The notes beneath the pieces were generated by a model. The model made no database searches. It had not been told where the DNA came from and saw only the letters and a program-made list of their open reading frames with translations. The translations under genes were made by a program, and so were the position numbers. From IMG/VR virus record IMGVR_UViG_3300038520_000101, positions 1 to 31,387 of that record: 31,387 nt of DNA; one strand, given 5' to 3'. Position 1 is the first letter of the stretch, and each line of letters opens with the position of its first letter. This document shows, in pieces, positions 1-11,832 of this stretch. Source of the stretch: a virus. Lineage: Duplodnaviria > Caudoviricetes.

Positions 1-800
1 CCCTCTCCTCTGGACGATCTTCCTAAATTAGTATCTGAGACATCAACGGTGAACGAGTCCCGGACAGCATCTGCTCGTCTTGACAAGTCATCAGCAAGCT
101 CTCCGGCCCTCCTCTGTCTGTCAGCGCTGGACGCACCAAGGTTCATCTCTGGCATATCTGGCACAGCGGAGGCCAATAGATTTTTACTGCCTTCTAGCAC
201 CTCACCCAACGTGGACATCTGCTCGTCAGCCACACTGGCAGGTAAAAAAGACCTCCGGTCTTGCGCTCTCTGTCTGCCGATTTCGACAAGCTCTTGGACA
301 GTGTAGGTAGTGGGATCAAGCCCCTGACTTATCAAGTAGCTAGTAGCGGCCTGAACAAGGAAATCAGTTGGCCCAGTAAAAGTTTCGGACATACGAGAAG
401 GACTGTTAGAACGACTTCTTCCCATCGCATCGCTTAGTCCTCCTCCGTTATCCATAGGAATAACGCCACGACCTATGAGAATGTCTTTCTTGGTAATCTT
501 GCCGTCACCGCTGTAGTCAGGGAAGTCGCTTTTAGCCTTTCCGCCAGAAGCCATAGGGATCGGGGGAACCTGTGAAGCAGCGCTCAAACTTGCAATCATT
601 TGTTCTTTTACAGAGGGCTGAGACCCCTCTTGCTGCTGAGCCATGAAACGCTGCCGCATGTCACCGCGTCTTTGCACCTCTGACATGACCAGAAACTCTG
701 GATATCTACCAGATGGCATCTGCATCTCCATTTGGAGAAACGAATCAGGCATCCCTTTGAGGTCATCTTCCTGCTCTAATATGTTCTTTCCTAGTGCCAT
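1..800 (-). CDS. Putative internal virion/ejection protein, 3' end runs off the window (not in supplied ORF track)
   Basis: Hand translation from ATG at 800 (TAATG overlap with upstream stop) is open to the window edge: MALGKNILEQEDDLKGMPDSFLQMEMQMPSGRYPEFLVMSEVQRRGDMRQRF...MASGGKAKSDFPDYSGDGKITKKDILIGRGVIPMDNGGG... Function inferred from position. Confidence 0.7.
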   Translation of the reverse strand, partial: MALGKNILEQEDDLKGMPDSFLQMEMQMPSGRYPEFLVMSEVQRRGDMRQRFMAQQQEGSQPSVKEQMIASLSAASQVPPIPMASGGKAKSDFPDYSGDGKITKKDILIGRGVIPMDNGGGLSDAMGRSRSNSPSRMSETFTGPTDFLVQAATSYLISQGLDPTTYTVQELVEIGRQRAQDRRSFLPASVADEQMSTLGEVLEGSKNLLASAVPDMPEMNLGASSADRQRRAGELADDLSRRADAVRDSFTVDVSDTNLGRSSRGE

Positions 801-2038
801 TATGCGCCCCTAAGACCTGTATTGCCGTAGCCTCTCGTGCCGCCGTATAGCGCAGCAGCGCCAAGACCCGTGCCTACTAACTGTTGAAATGCAGAGGGTT
901 GATTGCCGTATGTGGCCTGATAAGTTCCCGGCCCCACTGGCACTCCTCTTAACAAGCCAGAGTAAAGATTAAGCTGCTCTCTGGGGAACGCCTGCTGTCT
1001 CAGGAAGTCTTGATATCCGATATCTAAGCCCTGTTGCGCAAGCTGTCTACGTCTTGCCCCAGCAGCCTCTAGCTGACCAAGACGATCAAATTCCATTGCC
1101 TGCCTTTGTCCCGCTAATGCAGCCATAGACTCAGCAGCCCTGCCCCTGCGATCCACATCCTGACCTAACGCAGCAAAGCCAGCCAAGCCAATGTCTGCAC
1201 CGCGCTGTCTGGCAAGCCTGTCAGCCTCGAAAGCTTGTTGTGCCTGCCTGAAATTTTCTAAATCACCTGCGGCCTGTATGTCCTGTAACTGATTGCTAAG
1301 ATTACGCTGCCGCTCAGACTGCATAATTCCTTCACGATATCCGCCCAGACCGCCTGCAACAGCCGCTGCTTGAGCTATCTCTTTCTGCTGCCTGTCAGAT
1401 TCCTCTCTAGCAAGACGCTTTTGTCTGTCTACAAACGCCTGTTGAAATGGGTTCATGTACTCTTCAAGACGGGTACGCGGCGCAGGGGCAGTCTCAGAAA
1501 ATATGTCATCTTGTAGAGATTGAATTTGCCCTACTAAAGCCTGTCCTTCTGGTGAGCGCTGATCCATCTCTGCAAGCTCACCCTGTATTCTATTAATTTC
1601 CTGAACCCTTGGGTCTGCTTGTTGCTCTTCAAGACTGCCAAAAGGTTGTTGACGGGGCTGCTGTGCAACAGGGTCGATCAATCTTTGCGACTGCGCTTCG
1701 GTAGCGCCAATAATTTCTTCGGTGAGCCTTTGGACAGCGGGGTCTGTCCGAATCGATCTAGCATACGGCGTACCCATTGCTATCTCACGCAGCCCCGCTT
1801 GAGCATCTCTTACACCTGTAGGCGTACCTGCCAATGCCATCTCAGCATACGCCTCTTGCGCTCCTGCCTCGTAAGGATCGAAATCGGCAAGCCGTCTGAA
1901 GGGGTAAGTCTCGTACCCTGTCAAAGACTCAAATACACCACGCCCCAATAGGTCTTGGTAGAACGGTACAAGCTCAGGAGGTAATTTTTCTACCTGAGTG
2001 ACCGTCGATGTAGGTTGGCTGCTGCCTCCAAAACTCAT
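800..2038 (-). CDS. Putative DNA ejection/pilot (internal virion) protein
   Basis: 412 aa, Gln/Ala-rich helical, N-terminal GGSS-x-T-rich start, C-terminal Gly/Ala hydrophobic segment (LVGTGLGAAALYGG); follows the GNAT-like gene, as podovirus ejection genes do. Confidence 0.6.
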   Translation of the reverse strand: MSFGGSSQPTSTVTQVEKLPPELVPFYQDLLGRGVFESLTGYETYPFRRLADFDPYEAGAQEAYAEMALAGTPTGVRDAQAGLREIAMGTPYARSIRTDPAVQRLTEEIIGATEAQSQRLIDPVAQQPRQQPFGSLEEQQADPRVQEINRIQGELAEMDQRSPEGQALVGQIQSLQDDIFSETAPAPRTRLEEYMNPFQQAFVDRQKRLAREESDRQQKEIAQAAAVAGGLGGYREGIMQSERQRNLSNQLQDIQAAGDLENFRQAQQAFEADRLARQRGADIGLAGFAALGQDVDRRGRAAESMAALAGQRQAMEFDRLGQLEAAGARRRQLAQQGLDIGYQDFLRQQAFPREQLNLYSGLLRGVPVGPGTYQATYGNQPSAFQQLVGTGLGAAALYGGTRGYGNTGLRGA

Positions 2039-2465
2039 ATATCCACCTCAAATAGTGTACTTACAGGTGCAAACTCATGTTGCCTGCATAACCGAACGAT
2101 AGAATCTCTGCCCAACGCCTGTATCTTGGTTGCGCCGTGAGCCTGTAGTAATGTCTTAAACTGAGCAAACTCTTTAGCACGGGTTATCCAGCGCCCTGCT
2201 GTAGAGGTAACAAACGCTATGCGTGTCATCGGATAATTTATAAACGATACGGTCGCACAGCCGTGAATGTTCTCGTCCTCATCTGCGGCCACAACGAGCA
2301 GCCATTCGCCACTGGTAAGATATGACTGAACATGGTCAACATTGTAGTCATTTGACGTTTGCTTGTTCTCGCTGCCCTTGTTCAACGCACTGGCAATATA
2401 TTCTTTAACCGCAGGCCAAACCTTTTGTACATAGTTTGGCTCAACGTAGGTAATTCTCAGAGCTG

Positions 2466-2469
<4 letters not shown>
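2035..2469 (-). CDS. GNAT-fold-like virion assembly protein (positional analogue of P22 gp14/T7 gp13)
   Basis: 144 aa alpha/beta pattern (WLLVVA..IHGCATVSF..RIAFVTSTAG..AHGATKIQALGR) among ejection genes. Confidence 0.5.
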
Positions 2470-5264
<2,795 letters not shown>

Positions 5265-5265
5265 A

Positions 5266-5595
5266 TTATGTGGTCTCTACGCCAAATATGTTAAAGCTCA
5301 TGTCACTCGTACTAGAGTATACTTTAACTACGTCTGCCTGATTAAGTGTTATTCCGATAACAACAGTTAGTGTGTTGTTAGCTGTAATCTCTTTGTCGAA
5401 AAATATAAATTGCTTGTTATCTGCCCCAGCGCCAGCAACGTGTATGCTGACCCTAAACGTCTGATTTCCAGAGTTACGGTTGCAGATAACCAGAGAGCTG
5501 ACCGTGGTCTGCGCTAGGTTGGGGACTGTGTACAGGACTGTGGTGGTGGTCGCGCTTGGCGCTACCTGACCCAGTACCTTGATTGCATCAGCCAT
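5266..5595 (-). CDS. Small beta-rich virion/tail protein
   Basis: 109 aa, all-beta pattern, downstream of nozzle gene. Confidence 0.55.
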   Translation of the reverse strand: MADAIKVLGQVAPSATTTTVLYTVPNLAQTTVSSLVICNRNSGNQTFRVSIHVAGAGADNKQFIFFDKEITANNTLTVVIGITLNQADVVKVYSSTSDMSFNIFGVETT

Positions 5596-5797
5596 TACCC
5601 GCAGCCCCCATTAGAAGGAACTGGTAGCGTTTTAGAGCAAGGGACTCTTCCTTATCGGTTTTGGTAGTAATCGTCCTGAAATCGTCGCTGACATCGTTAA
5701 AAGACCGCTCTATGGCCCTTCTCATCGTAAGCTCGTTCTGGAAGTCATACTCAGGGTTTGCCGTGGGCAACACCACTAGGTTAATTTTCTGAGCCAT
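5588..5797 (-). CDS. Hypothetical small tail-associated protein
   Basis: 69 aa, coupled to both neighbours; LPTANPEYD followed by a helix. Confidence 0.55.
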   Translation of the reverse strand: MAQKINLVVLPTANPEYDFQNELTMRRAIERSFNDVSDDFRTITTKTDKEESLALKRYQFLLMGAAGNG

Positions 5798-7647
5798 TAC
5801 CTTCTCCCGTCAGGTCTTACGTCAAATCTTAAAGTACCCAGAGTCCAGCCATAGCCTGTGCCTGTGCCTTGTATTCGGATGACAGACTCGCGGGTTCTGG
5901 CCCTGACAAACGATTGTCCTGTATTTTCGGTGACATTTGCTGTAGCCAGCGTGGTCGTGTCGTTTAGGGGGAAATCCTTGCCCTTGAGCGTTATATCCAC
6001 GGAAGCACTTGCTGTAGTGCCTCTGAACTCAAAGTCTGGGATCATGCGGTTGATAAACATGAACTGCTCACCATCGCCCATTTCTACGCCACCAGACTCT
6101 ATGTAAGCGTTCATGGCAGAGCCATCTGCATCAAAGCCGCTCTCGTGGTTGTAAAGATACTGATTATCTGTGTAATTAAACGCTGAGCTGGCGATAGGAA
6201 AATTTCTGGTATTTGCGGGTATGAACGCGCCTCTGGTCAGAGTCCCGATTGCCCACGAATCCTCCATATAGTTATAGGATACATAGTTGGTGGCCTCTGT
6301 GTTGCCAGTCCCCACAGGGTAGTACCAGTACACCTCTGAAAAATCCACGCTAGTTGTAGCAAAAACCTTGTATTCTTCTGCCGTGTTTAGGTTACTGAAT
6401 ACATAATCCAGCACTGTACAGGTCAGCCGCTGGATAGAGCCGTTGTAGAAATAGAATCCACCGCGATCCATGAAAAATACCATGTCACCAGCGTTTGTGG
6501 CGGCATTTGGCGAGATCATCGACAGACCCTCGTTTACGACCTCAAACTGAAAGGTAAACGGACTGCCAGAGAAACGCATTGTGTGGATACTGCTGTCGGT
6601 GAATATTAATATTTCTTGCCGTGTTTTGATCGCACCCACAATGAACGATCCGGCTGTTAACGTAACACCGCCAGCAGTATTCGTTGAGGTTGGTGTCCAG
6701 TCGAATGGGTTCTCCTGATCACTGAACCTTACTAGTAACGGGTCAAGAGTAGTGCTGCCTAAGGGGTTGCAGCCAAAACATATCGTGTGACGGTCAGTTT
6801 CTGAGACCATCGTTTGGAGAGACAGTATAGGCGCACCCACTGCTCCTGCCTTGTCAGACAGAGCGACTCCCCGAGTTCCTGTGCCGTTCGTCTCGTCCCA
6901 ATAATATATGCCGCCACCCCTGACATTAAAGATCAGGTCATCGCCAAAGGTGTCCTGAGAATACAGTCTTAGCTGATTACCCGCCGTGATTGCAGTAGAA
7001 CCGCCCCAACCGCCAGCGCCCCATGTACCTGCACCAAACCCAGAGGACGCAACATAGGTGTTGAGTCCAGTATTTATTTGATATGCGCCAACGACAGAAC
7101 TACCGCCATTACCTGTATCTGACGAGTTAGCAGTAACTGCGTTGCCAGATGTATCCTTTGCCGAGACAGTGTACGAATTGTTGTCTATGATACTTGCGAT
7201 TTCATACTCTTGGTTGAGAACAGCCGCAGTGATATTGCCCCCAAGAGACACAGCACCACTGAAAGTAACAAAGTCACCATCCACAGCGCCATGATTAGTA
7301 TCTGAAACGGTAATAGTAGAAGAGCCGTTGCTCGCTGCAAAAGTAACGTCACCTGCTGCCGTTGTTTCTCGAATAGGGGTAACGTCATAGTAGGCATCTC
7401 CCTGATTGATATAAAACTTCAGGTTTGTACCGATACCCAGATACTGCGTGGACGCCGCAGCAACCCAATCGTGAAGCGACCTACAGATTCCCAGAAAGGT
7501 ATTGTTAGAATACTTCTGCCATCCGCCTATCTGTTCGGCTCTGCCCTTTCTGAATCTAATCTTATCGGCATCGTACCATCCGGTTCCCGCAGTAAACTGC
7601 GTACCTTCTCGGTTTATTCCGGGCTTAAACTCGTATTTGACTAGCAT
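5797..7647 (-). CDS. Tail nozzle/stabilisation protein (P22 gp10/T7 gp12-like role)
   Basis: 616 aa beta-propeller-like; KPGINRE..W.DADKIRFR start, LVRFSDQENPFDWTP, C-terminal LGTLRFDVRPDGRR; upstream of ejection genes. Confidence 0.65.
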   Translation of the reverse strand: MLVKYEFKPGINREGTQFTAGTGWYDADKIRFRKGRAEQIGGWQKYSNNTFLGICRSLHDWVAAASTQYLGIGTNLKFYINQGDAYYDVTPIRETTAAGDVTFAASNGSSTITVSDTNHGAVDGDFVTFSGAVSLGGNITAAVLNQEYEIASIIDNNSYTVSAKDTSGNAVTANSSDTGNGGSSVVGAYQINTGLNTYVASSGFGAGTWGAGGWGGSTAITAGNQLRLYSQDTFGDDLIFNVRGGGIYYWDETNGTGTRGVALSDKAGAVGAPILSLQTMVSETDRHTICFGCNPLGSTTLDPLLVRFSDQENPFDWTPTSTNTAGGVTLTAGSFIVGAIKTRQEILIFTDSSIHTMRFSGSPFTFQFEVVNEGLSMISPNAATNAGDMVFFMDRGGFYFYNGSIQRLTCTVLDYVFSNLNTAEEYKVFATTSVDFSEVYWYYPVGTGNTEATNYVSYNYMEDSWAIGTLTRGAFIPANTRNFPIASSAFNYTDNQYLYNHESGFDADGSAMNAYIESGGVEMGDGEQFMFINRMIPDFEFRGTTASASVDITLKGKDFPLNDTTTLATANVTENTGQSFVRARTRESVIRIQGTGTGYGWTLGTLRFDVRPDGRR

Positions 7648-8045
7648 TGCAAATCCAAAAGATATCTGTTCTTCATGTGTGCGGCTTTTATTCTAGCCTT
7701 GCTTTGTCCTTCATACTTCACCGCATGATGATTCTTCAAAAGCTCAGCGCAAAGCCATTTTTTTCCTACCTTGAAATCCCCCAAATATCGCCCGTATTTG
7801 CCTTTCTCCCGTGTGCAGACAATTATCTCCTCTGCACCCTCGAAGAACTGCTCAACGAATGCTTTGGCGGCAAGGCCGTATCTCTTCTCAATCTTGTCTC
7901 TGGTGCGTGATTCGGGTGTGTCAATTCCGTGTAAACGAATACGCCCACCGCTACCACGAATCCAAGTATCCCAACCAAGGTCAACAGCAACATCTATTGT
8001 GTCTCCATCAACGACTCTAATAATCTCGCAACGATACTCATACAT
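7641..8045 (-). CDS. Staphylococcal nuclease (thermonuclease)-family protein
   Basis: Motifs RVVDGDTIDV, RIRLHGIDTPES, GKYGRYLG. Confidence 0.9.
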   Translation of the reverse strand: MYEYRCEIIRVVDGDTIDVAVDLGWDTWIRGSGGRIRLHGIDTPESRTRDKIEKRYGLAAKAFVEQFFEGAEEIIVCTREKGKYGRYLGDFKVGKKWLCAELLKNHHAVKYEGQSKARIKAAHMKNRYLLDLQC

Positions 8046-8466
8046 CAGCGTACTCGCCGCTTGATATCATATCTGTCAGCTCAAGCGCACGACCACCAAC
8101 CTGCCTAGCCCACTTTGAGTCTAAAAACTCTGTTGAAGCCTCAGCATAATTACCGACTTCCATAGCAGCCAAAGCACGTTTAAACAGTCGCAAGCGCGTT
8201 GCTCCCAGATTAAAAGATATATCTACCATTGCATCCCTGCGAACGTCATCAAGATCGTTAAACCAAGGATACTCTGCCGCGAGTTCCTTTATGACTCGCT
8301 CCACATCATTTTGCAGAAGGTAGTCCACCTCGTCATCTGACAAACCTATCCCGCCCTCCTTGTCTATGTTGCGGCCAACGCCCACAGTAACTTTGCCCTC
8401 TGAGCATTCATAGGCATGAGTCTCCACGCCTTCATGTCGTTTCAGCATAGCCAGCAGCTTGTCCAT
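8038..8466 (-). CDS. Endolysin, T4-type lysozyme (GH24)
   Basis: HEG...Y.C..G..T.GVG with E12-C21-T27 triad spacing; FNLG and DSKWARQVGGRA motifs. Confidence 0.9.
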   Translation of the reverse strand: MDKLLAMLKRHEGVETHAYECSEGKVTVGVGRNIDKEGGIGLSDDEVDYLLQNDVERVIKELAAEYPWFNDLDDVRRDAMVDISFNLGATRLRLFKRALAAMEVGNYAEASTEFLDSKWARQVGGRALELTDMISSGEYADV

Positions 8467-8942
8467 TAGTTACCCCTGTTATTGCTAGAGCCGAAGAAGA
8501 ACGCTGAAATACCAGATATCAGCCCTCCTAGATATCCTAAGATAATGTTGGCTAGAGCATCGTCTACATCTTCAGCACGGAAAGTCACAAGGAATATGTA
8601 AAACAAAAATCCCAGCAGACTGATAATCGCAAATATTTTAGGCGTAGGGTCTTCACCAAATATCTCTCTGGCGGATTGTCTGTCTTGTACCTCTACCTTG
8701 AAGTTTTCTAGGTCAATCTTGCGTTCTTCCAAAGTCTTCGCAAACTCTGTTTCAGCTTCTTGAAGCAACTGAATGGAGCCGGGATTGTCTTCAATGTATT
8801 TTTCAAGCTTTGCAGGGTCTGTGGTATTGCTAACTCCTAACTTGTCAGCAACTAGCTTTACAGCCATTCCGCCCATTGGCCCTCCGATGGCTTTGCCGAC
8901 AGTCGGGGCAAGTGACGCTAACAACCCTTTTAACTTACTCAT
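8466..8942 (-). CDS. Putative holin (3TM/GTA-holin-like)
   Basis: N-terminal APT..GGPMGG, DRQSARE, two C-terminal hydrophobic helices ending FFGSS; directly upstream of lysozyme. Confidence 0.7.
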   Translation of the reverse strand: MSKLKGLLASLAPTVGKAIGGPMGGMAVKLVADKLGVSNTTDPAKLEKYIEDNPGSIQLLQEAETEFAKTLEERKIDLENFKVEVQDRQSAREIFGEDPTPKIFAIISLLGFLFYIFLVTFRAEDVDDALANIILGYLGGLISGISAFFFGSSNNRGN

Positions 8943-9848
8943 TCAAACCTCAACCATAAACGTGCTTTTGGGCGGATTTTCTACCCTGTCTCTTGGATAC
9001 GGAGCAATACCCAAGTGGTCAATCATTATGCCGAAGCTCTCTATCTTCTGAGCTACCTTATCAATGTTCTGCCTTGCATAAGCAGCAGTGCCGGGATTAT
9101 CGAACCACATGTTAAACCTGCCACGGTTTTCAACCACTCGTCCTTGGAGCCAGATATGGTCACGCTCGCCAATATCCGTTTCGATGTTAATCTCCCAATC
9201 TTCCTCAGTATTACCGAGTAGCGCCTCGAATCCCATCCACTCTTCTTCGCCACTGTTGATCTCCCCGTCAGTAAAGTCCACATAGGTCTCACCGAGTTTT
9301 ACATCTTCTAAATCTCTTGCTTCTGGGGCGTCCCAAGCCCACGAGTTCTTCTCAGTATCATATCTATTTATCTCGTATTCGATCTGAGGCAGGTCTTCTA
9401 GGTCTATCTCACCAAAGACTGAGTTGTCTCCGTTTTCTATGGCTGCTTTAAGATCAGTAAGCAGCTTTTCTACATCTGTACTGTTGTCTATCTTGGCAGA
9501 TGTATTTTCAAATACTCTGTCTAGCTTGGACTGTCTTGTAGGCTCTCGCCCCTCTGTTTTTGTCTCTTGCCTAGCTTCTGACTTGTCAGGAGTATCGGCC
9601 GACCTAACCCTGACGTTTACATCTTCGCCAGATACCTGTGCAAAACTGCCAACTAGATTTACTTCGCCATTCTCAGTAGTTATTGTTACTGAGTTGCCGT
9701 CTTCAGATACCGAGCCTTTGACAGTTTGGCCTTCTGGCAGATCAAGCTCTTTAACTGTGTCAGATGAGAGGGTAACCGTAAGGCTTTGGGTTGTGTCGAT
9801 CTGCGATGCGTTGTAGTTCGCAATCGGGTTTTCAGGCGATATAATCAT
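8943..9848 (-). CDS. Acidic protein resembling flagellar hook-length control protein FliK family
   Basis: C-terminal ~85 aa pattern WEINIETDIGERDHIWLQGRVVENRGRFNMWFDN...ARQNIDKVAQKIESFGIMIDHLGI fits the FliK/YscP C-terminal beta-beta-beta-alpha-beta pattern, recognised by eye. Confidence 0.55.
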   Translation of the reverse strand: MIISPENPIANYNASQIDTTQSLTVTLSSDTVKELDLPEGQTVKGSVSEDGNSVTITTENGEVNLVGSFAQVSGEDVNVRVRSADTPDKSEARQETKTEGREPTRQSKLDRVFENTSAKIDNSTDVEKLLTDLKAAIENGDNSVFGEIDLEDLPQIEYEINRYDTEKNSWAWDAPEARDLEDVKLGETYVDFTDGEINSGEEEWMGFEALLGNTEEDWEINIETDIGERDHIWLQGRVVENRGRFNMWFDNPGTAAYARQNIDKVAQKIESFGIMIDHLGIAPYPRDRVENPPKSTFMVEV

Positions 9849-9886
9849 CCATCACAGAGTCAACAAATAGATTCTCGTCAGAGCAT

Positions 9887-10117
9887 CTATATTTCGGATG
9901 ACTTTCCCTCAGTATCCTCCTCGACGATCTCGTCGATGGTTTCGCATACATCAGGAACGGCTATGCCCGTGGTTACCTCAGTAGCCACACGACCCACAGC
10001 TCGAATACCTTTGTAGACACCGGAGCAGTACAGGTCTTTATTAGCAATCATATCTTCGGATATGGTGCATCCAGAAAACAAAAATAAACTAATCGCTGCT
10101 AGGAAAATCGATCTCAT
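9887..10117 (-). CDS. Small lipoprotein (o-spanin-like or lipase partner)
   Basis: MRSIFLAAISLFLFSG|C lipobox; two further Cys; start moved to ATG at 10117 after AGGA; overlaps lipase 3' end. Confidence 0.7.
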   Translation of the reverse strand: MRSIFLAAISLFLFSGCTISEDMIANKDLYCSGVYKGIRAVGRVATEVTTGIAVPDVCETIDEIVEEDTEGKSSEI

Positions 10118-10859
10118 CTTCAATCCTTTTTAACTCTCGCATTTCGCCTTTTGTAAGAGGAACAACCTTTTTCTCCTCTCGCTCTTGATCATCAAGATAC
10201 TTCTTCAACCTTTCTTTATAGCCAGCCATTTTATGGTCAGCAATCCGATCTTTCAGGTCGCCCCGGTCTTCTCTTCTGGTTAACTTGTCAGGATTAATAG
10301 AGTCCACGCCGTTGTTGCCGAAATACAGCATAGTCTGAGACTTGGACGGCCCGTAACACAGACGCGGTATTCGAGCCACTACGTCACTTCCTTGCACACA
10401 CGATATCTGGTTGTCCAGAGTCATTGGCTTCTTAAAGCCTTTGAAGAAGACGTTAGGTTTGCCGAAAGTAATCAGATTTATGTTGTCGTGTTTACCATTC
10501 AGCATCGAGGCTGACAATTCTGCCAACGCTCCGCCTAAACTATGACCTGTTATGAGAGTCCGTTTCTTAGGGTCTATGTGCTGCTTAACTTCACCCCAGA
10601 CAGATTTGTGCGCCAAAGTAAATCCCCCGTGGCACAACCTGCCTGCATAGGGCAAAGGTATGACGTTAATGTCAGTTAGAACATCCATCTTCTGCTCTGT
10701 GCCTCTGAACGCAATCACATCAATAGACTTACGCTTGGCTATGTATACTGTGGTGGATGTCAGCCTGCTTTCTATTTTCAACGTATCTTTTACGTTATCT
10801 TCATAAGCCTTCATAGACCACGAACAGGCCATGTTCAACAGCACAGGATCAAGTTTCAT
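10089..10859 (-). CDS. Class 3 lipase (alpha/beta hydrolase)
   Basis: IAFRGTE, HGGF, ITGHSLGGALA (Ser), TFGKP, DVVARIP (Asp), DHKMAGY (His). Confidence 0.9.
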   Translation of the reverse strand: MKLDPVLLNMACSWSMKAYEDNVKDTLKIESRLTSTTVYIAKRKSIDVIAFRGTEQKMDVLTDINVIPLPYAGRLCHGGFTLAHKSVWGEVKQHIDPKKRTLITGHSLGGALAELSASMLNGKHDNINLITFGKPNVFFKGFKKPMTLDNQISCVQGSDVVARIPRLCYGPSKSQTMLYFGNNGVDSINPDKLTRREDRGDLKDRIADHKMAGYKERLKKYLDDQEREEKKVVPLTKGEMRELKRIEDEIDFPSSD

Positions 10860-11083
10860 TTATCCGCCTTGTTTTCTAATCGCTTGAAGATAGCACCCAA
10901 CATCTCTTTGATCTCGCGGATGTCTTCACGATAATCGTCTTTTGCAACATATTTCTCAGAGATTTGCTTCATCTCTAAATCAAGTCTGTCGAGAAGCGTG
11001 TAAACACGGTTATATGCCCACGCCGCCAAAAAGCCACCGATCAGGATAATTACATCGAATACTATTTGTCCCGTCAGCTCCAT
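10856..11083 (-). CDS. Small membrane protein with N-terminal TM helix and coiled coil
   Basis: 75 aa; IVFDVIILIGGFLAAWAY then heptads with YVAKDDY. Confidence 0.65.
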   Translation of the reverse strand: MELTGQIVFDVIILIGGFLAAWAYNRVYTLLDRLDLEMKQISEKYVAKDDYREDIREIKEMLGAIFKRLENKADK

Positions 11084-11553
11084 TACTCTACCGCTACAGT
11101 CGTTATACCTAATACAATAATCATCAAAGCGACTAATATGCCGCCAATAATTGTTATGTCTATAATAGCCGCTTTGCTTTGTGCCTTAGATTTAGCCTCT
11201 GCAATTTTTAGATTACGCAGTCTAGCCCTTTCTCTAATGGTGTCTTCCCAAAGATCGCCTCTGCCAGAGTACAGAAAAAGGTCTTTAAGGTCTTTTTCCA
11301 ACCTAATCGCTTTGTCTTTCTGTAATGTGATTTCTAAAGCCTGAGCCTCAATCGACTTACCACCAAACAACTTCTCTATCTTGCTGCTGTTTGTTGCTTT
11401 TTGCTCTAGTACAGCGATCTCTTCCCTAGCATCAAAAAACTTGCCTATGGCGCGACCCATATCATTCAGGTCGTTACCTTCCTGTACCGCTGTTTTCAAG
11501 AAGCGATATGCAGATGCACAGACCTGAACTGCGGCTATAACTTCTGCGGCCAT
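11083..11553 (-). CDS. Helical protein with C-terminal TM anchor
   Basis: 156 aa; ends IIDITIIGGILVALMIIVLGITTVAVE. Confidence 0.65.
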   Translation of the reverse strand: MAAEVIAAVQVCASAYRFLKTAVQEGNDLNDMGRAIGKFFDAREEIAVLEQKATNSSKIEKLFGGKSIEAQALEITLQKDKAIRLEKDLKDLFLYSGRGDLWEDTIRERARLRNLKIAEAKSKAQSKAAIIDITIIGGILVALMIIVLGITTVAVE

Positions 11554-11565
11554 TTAGAAGTATTC

Positions 11566-11829
11566 TCACTCAGACTCTTCAACTCTAGGGTCTACCCAGC
11601 CTTCTACCGCTGTGAACGTGCCGTCAGACGCGCAGGTGTACTTGCACCCAAACCAATCCTCTGGCTCGCTAACTCCTTCGATTAGAGTGGCATTGCCGCT
11701 GTTGAGATCACCAATGATAAACTCAGCAGGATCACCCACAGTGATTGTTTCACTTCCAATCGTGAGCGGTTTGTCATCCGCAAAGAGATATCTGGATGTG
11801 TTAGTTGCATTGTCTACGATTGTCTTCAT
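11566..11829 (-). CDS. Putative fibre-associated/assembly protein
   Basis: 87 aa directly after the fibre genes; PEDWFGCKY..DG...W.DP ending. Confidence 0.5.
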   Translation of the reverse strand: MKTIVDNATNTSRYLFADDKPLTIGSETITVGDPAEFIIGDLNSGNATLIEGVSEPEDWFGCKYTCASDGTFTAVEGWVDPRVEESE

Positions 11830-11832
11830 GTC

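Noticed and set aside
9835-9886. Sigma70 promoter before the FliK-like gene (TTGACT on the minus strand)
   Set aside because: The nearest -10-like hexamer is only 14 nt away and inside the CDS; spacing does not fit.
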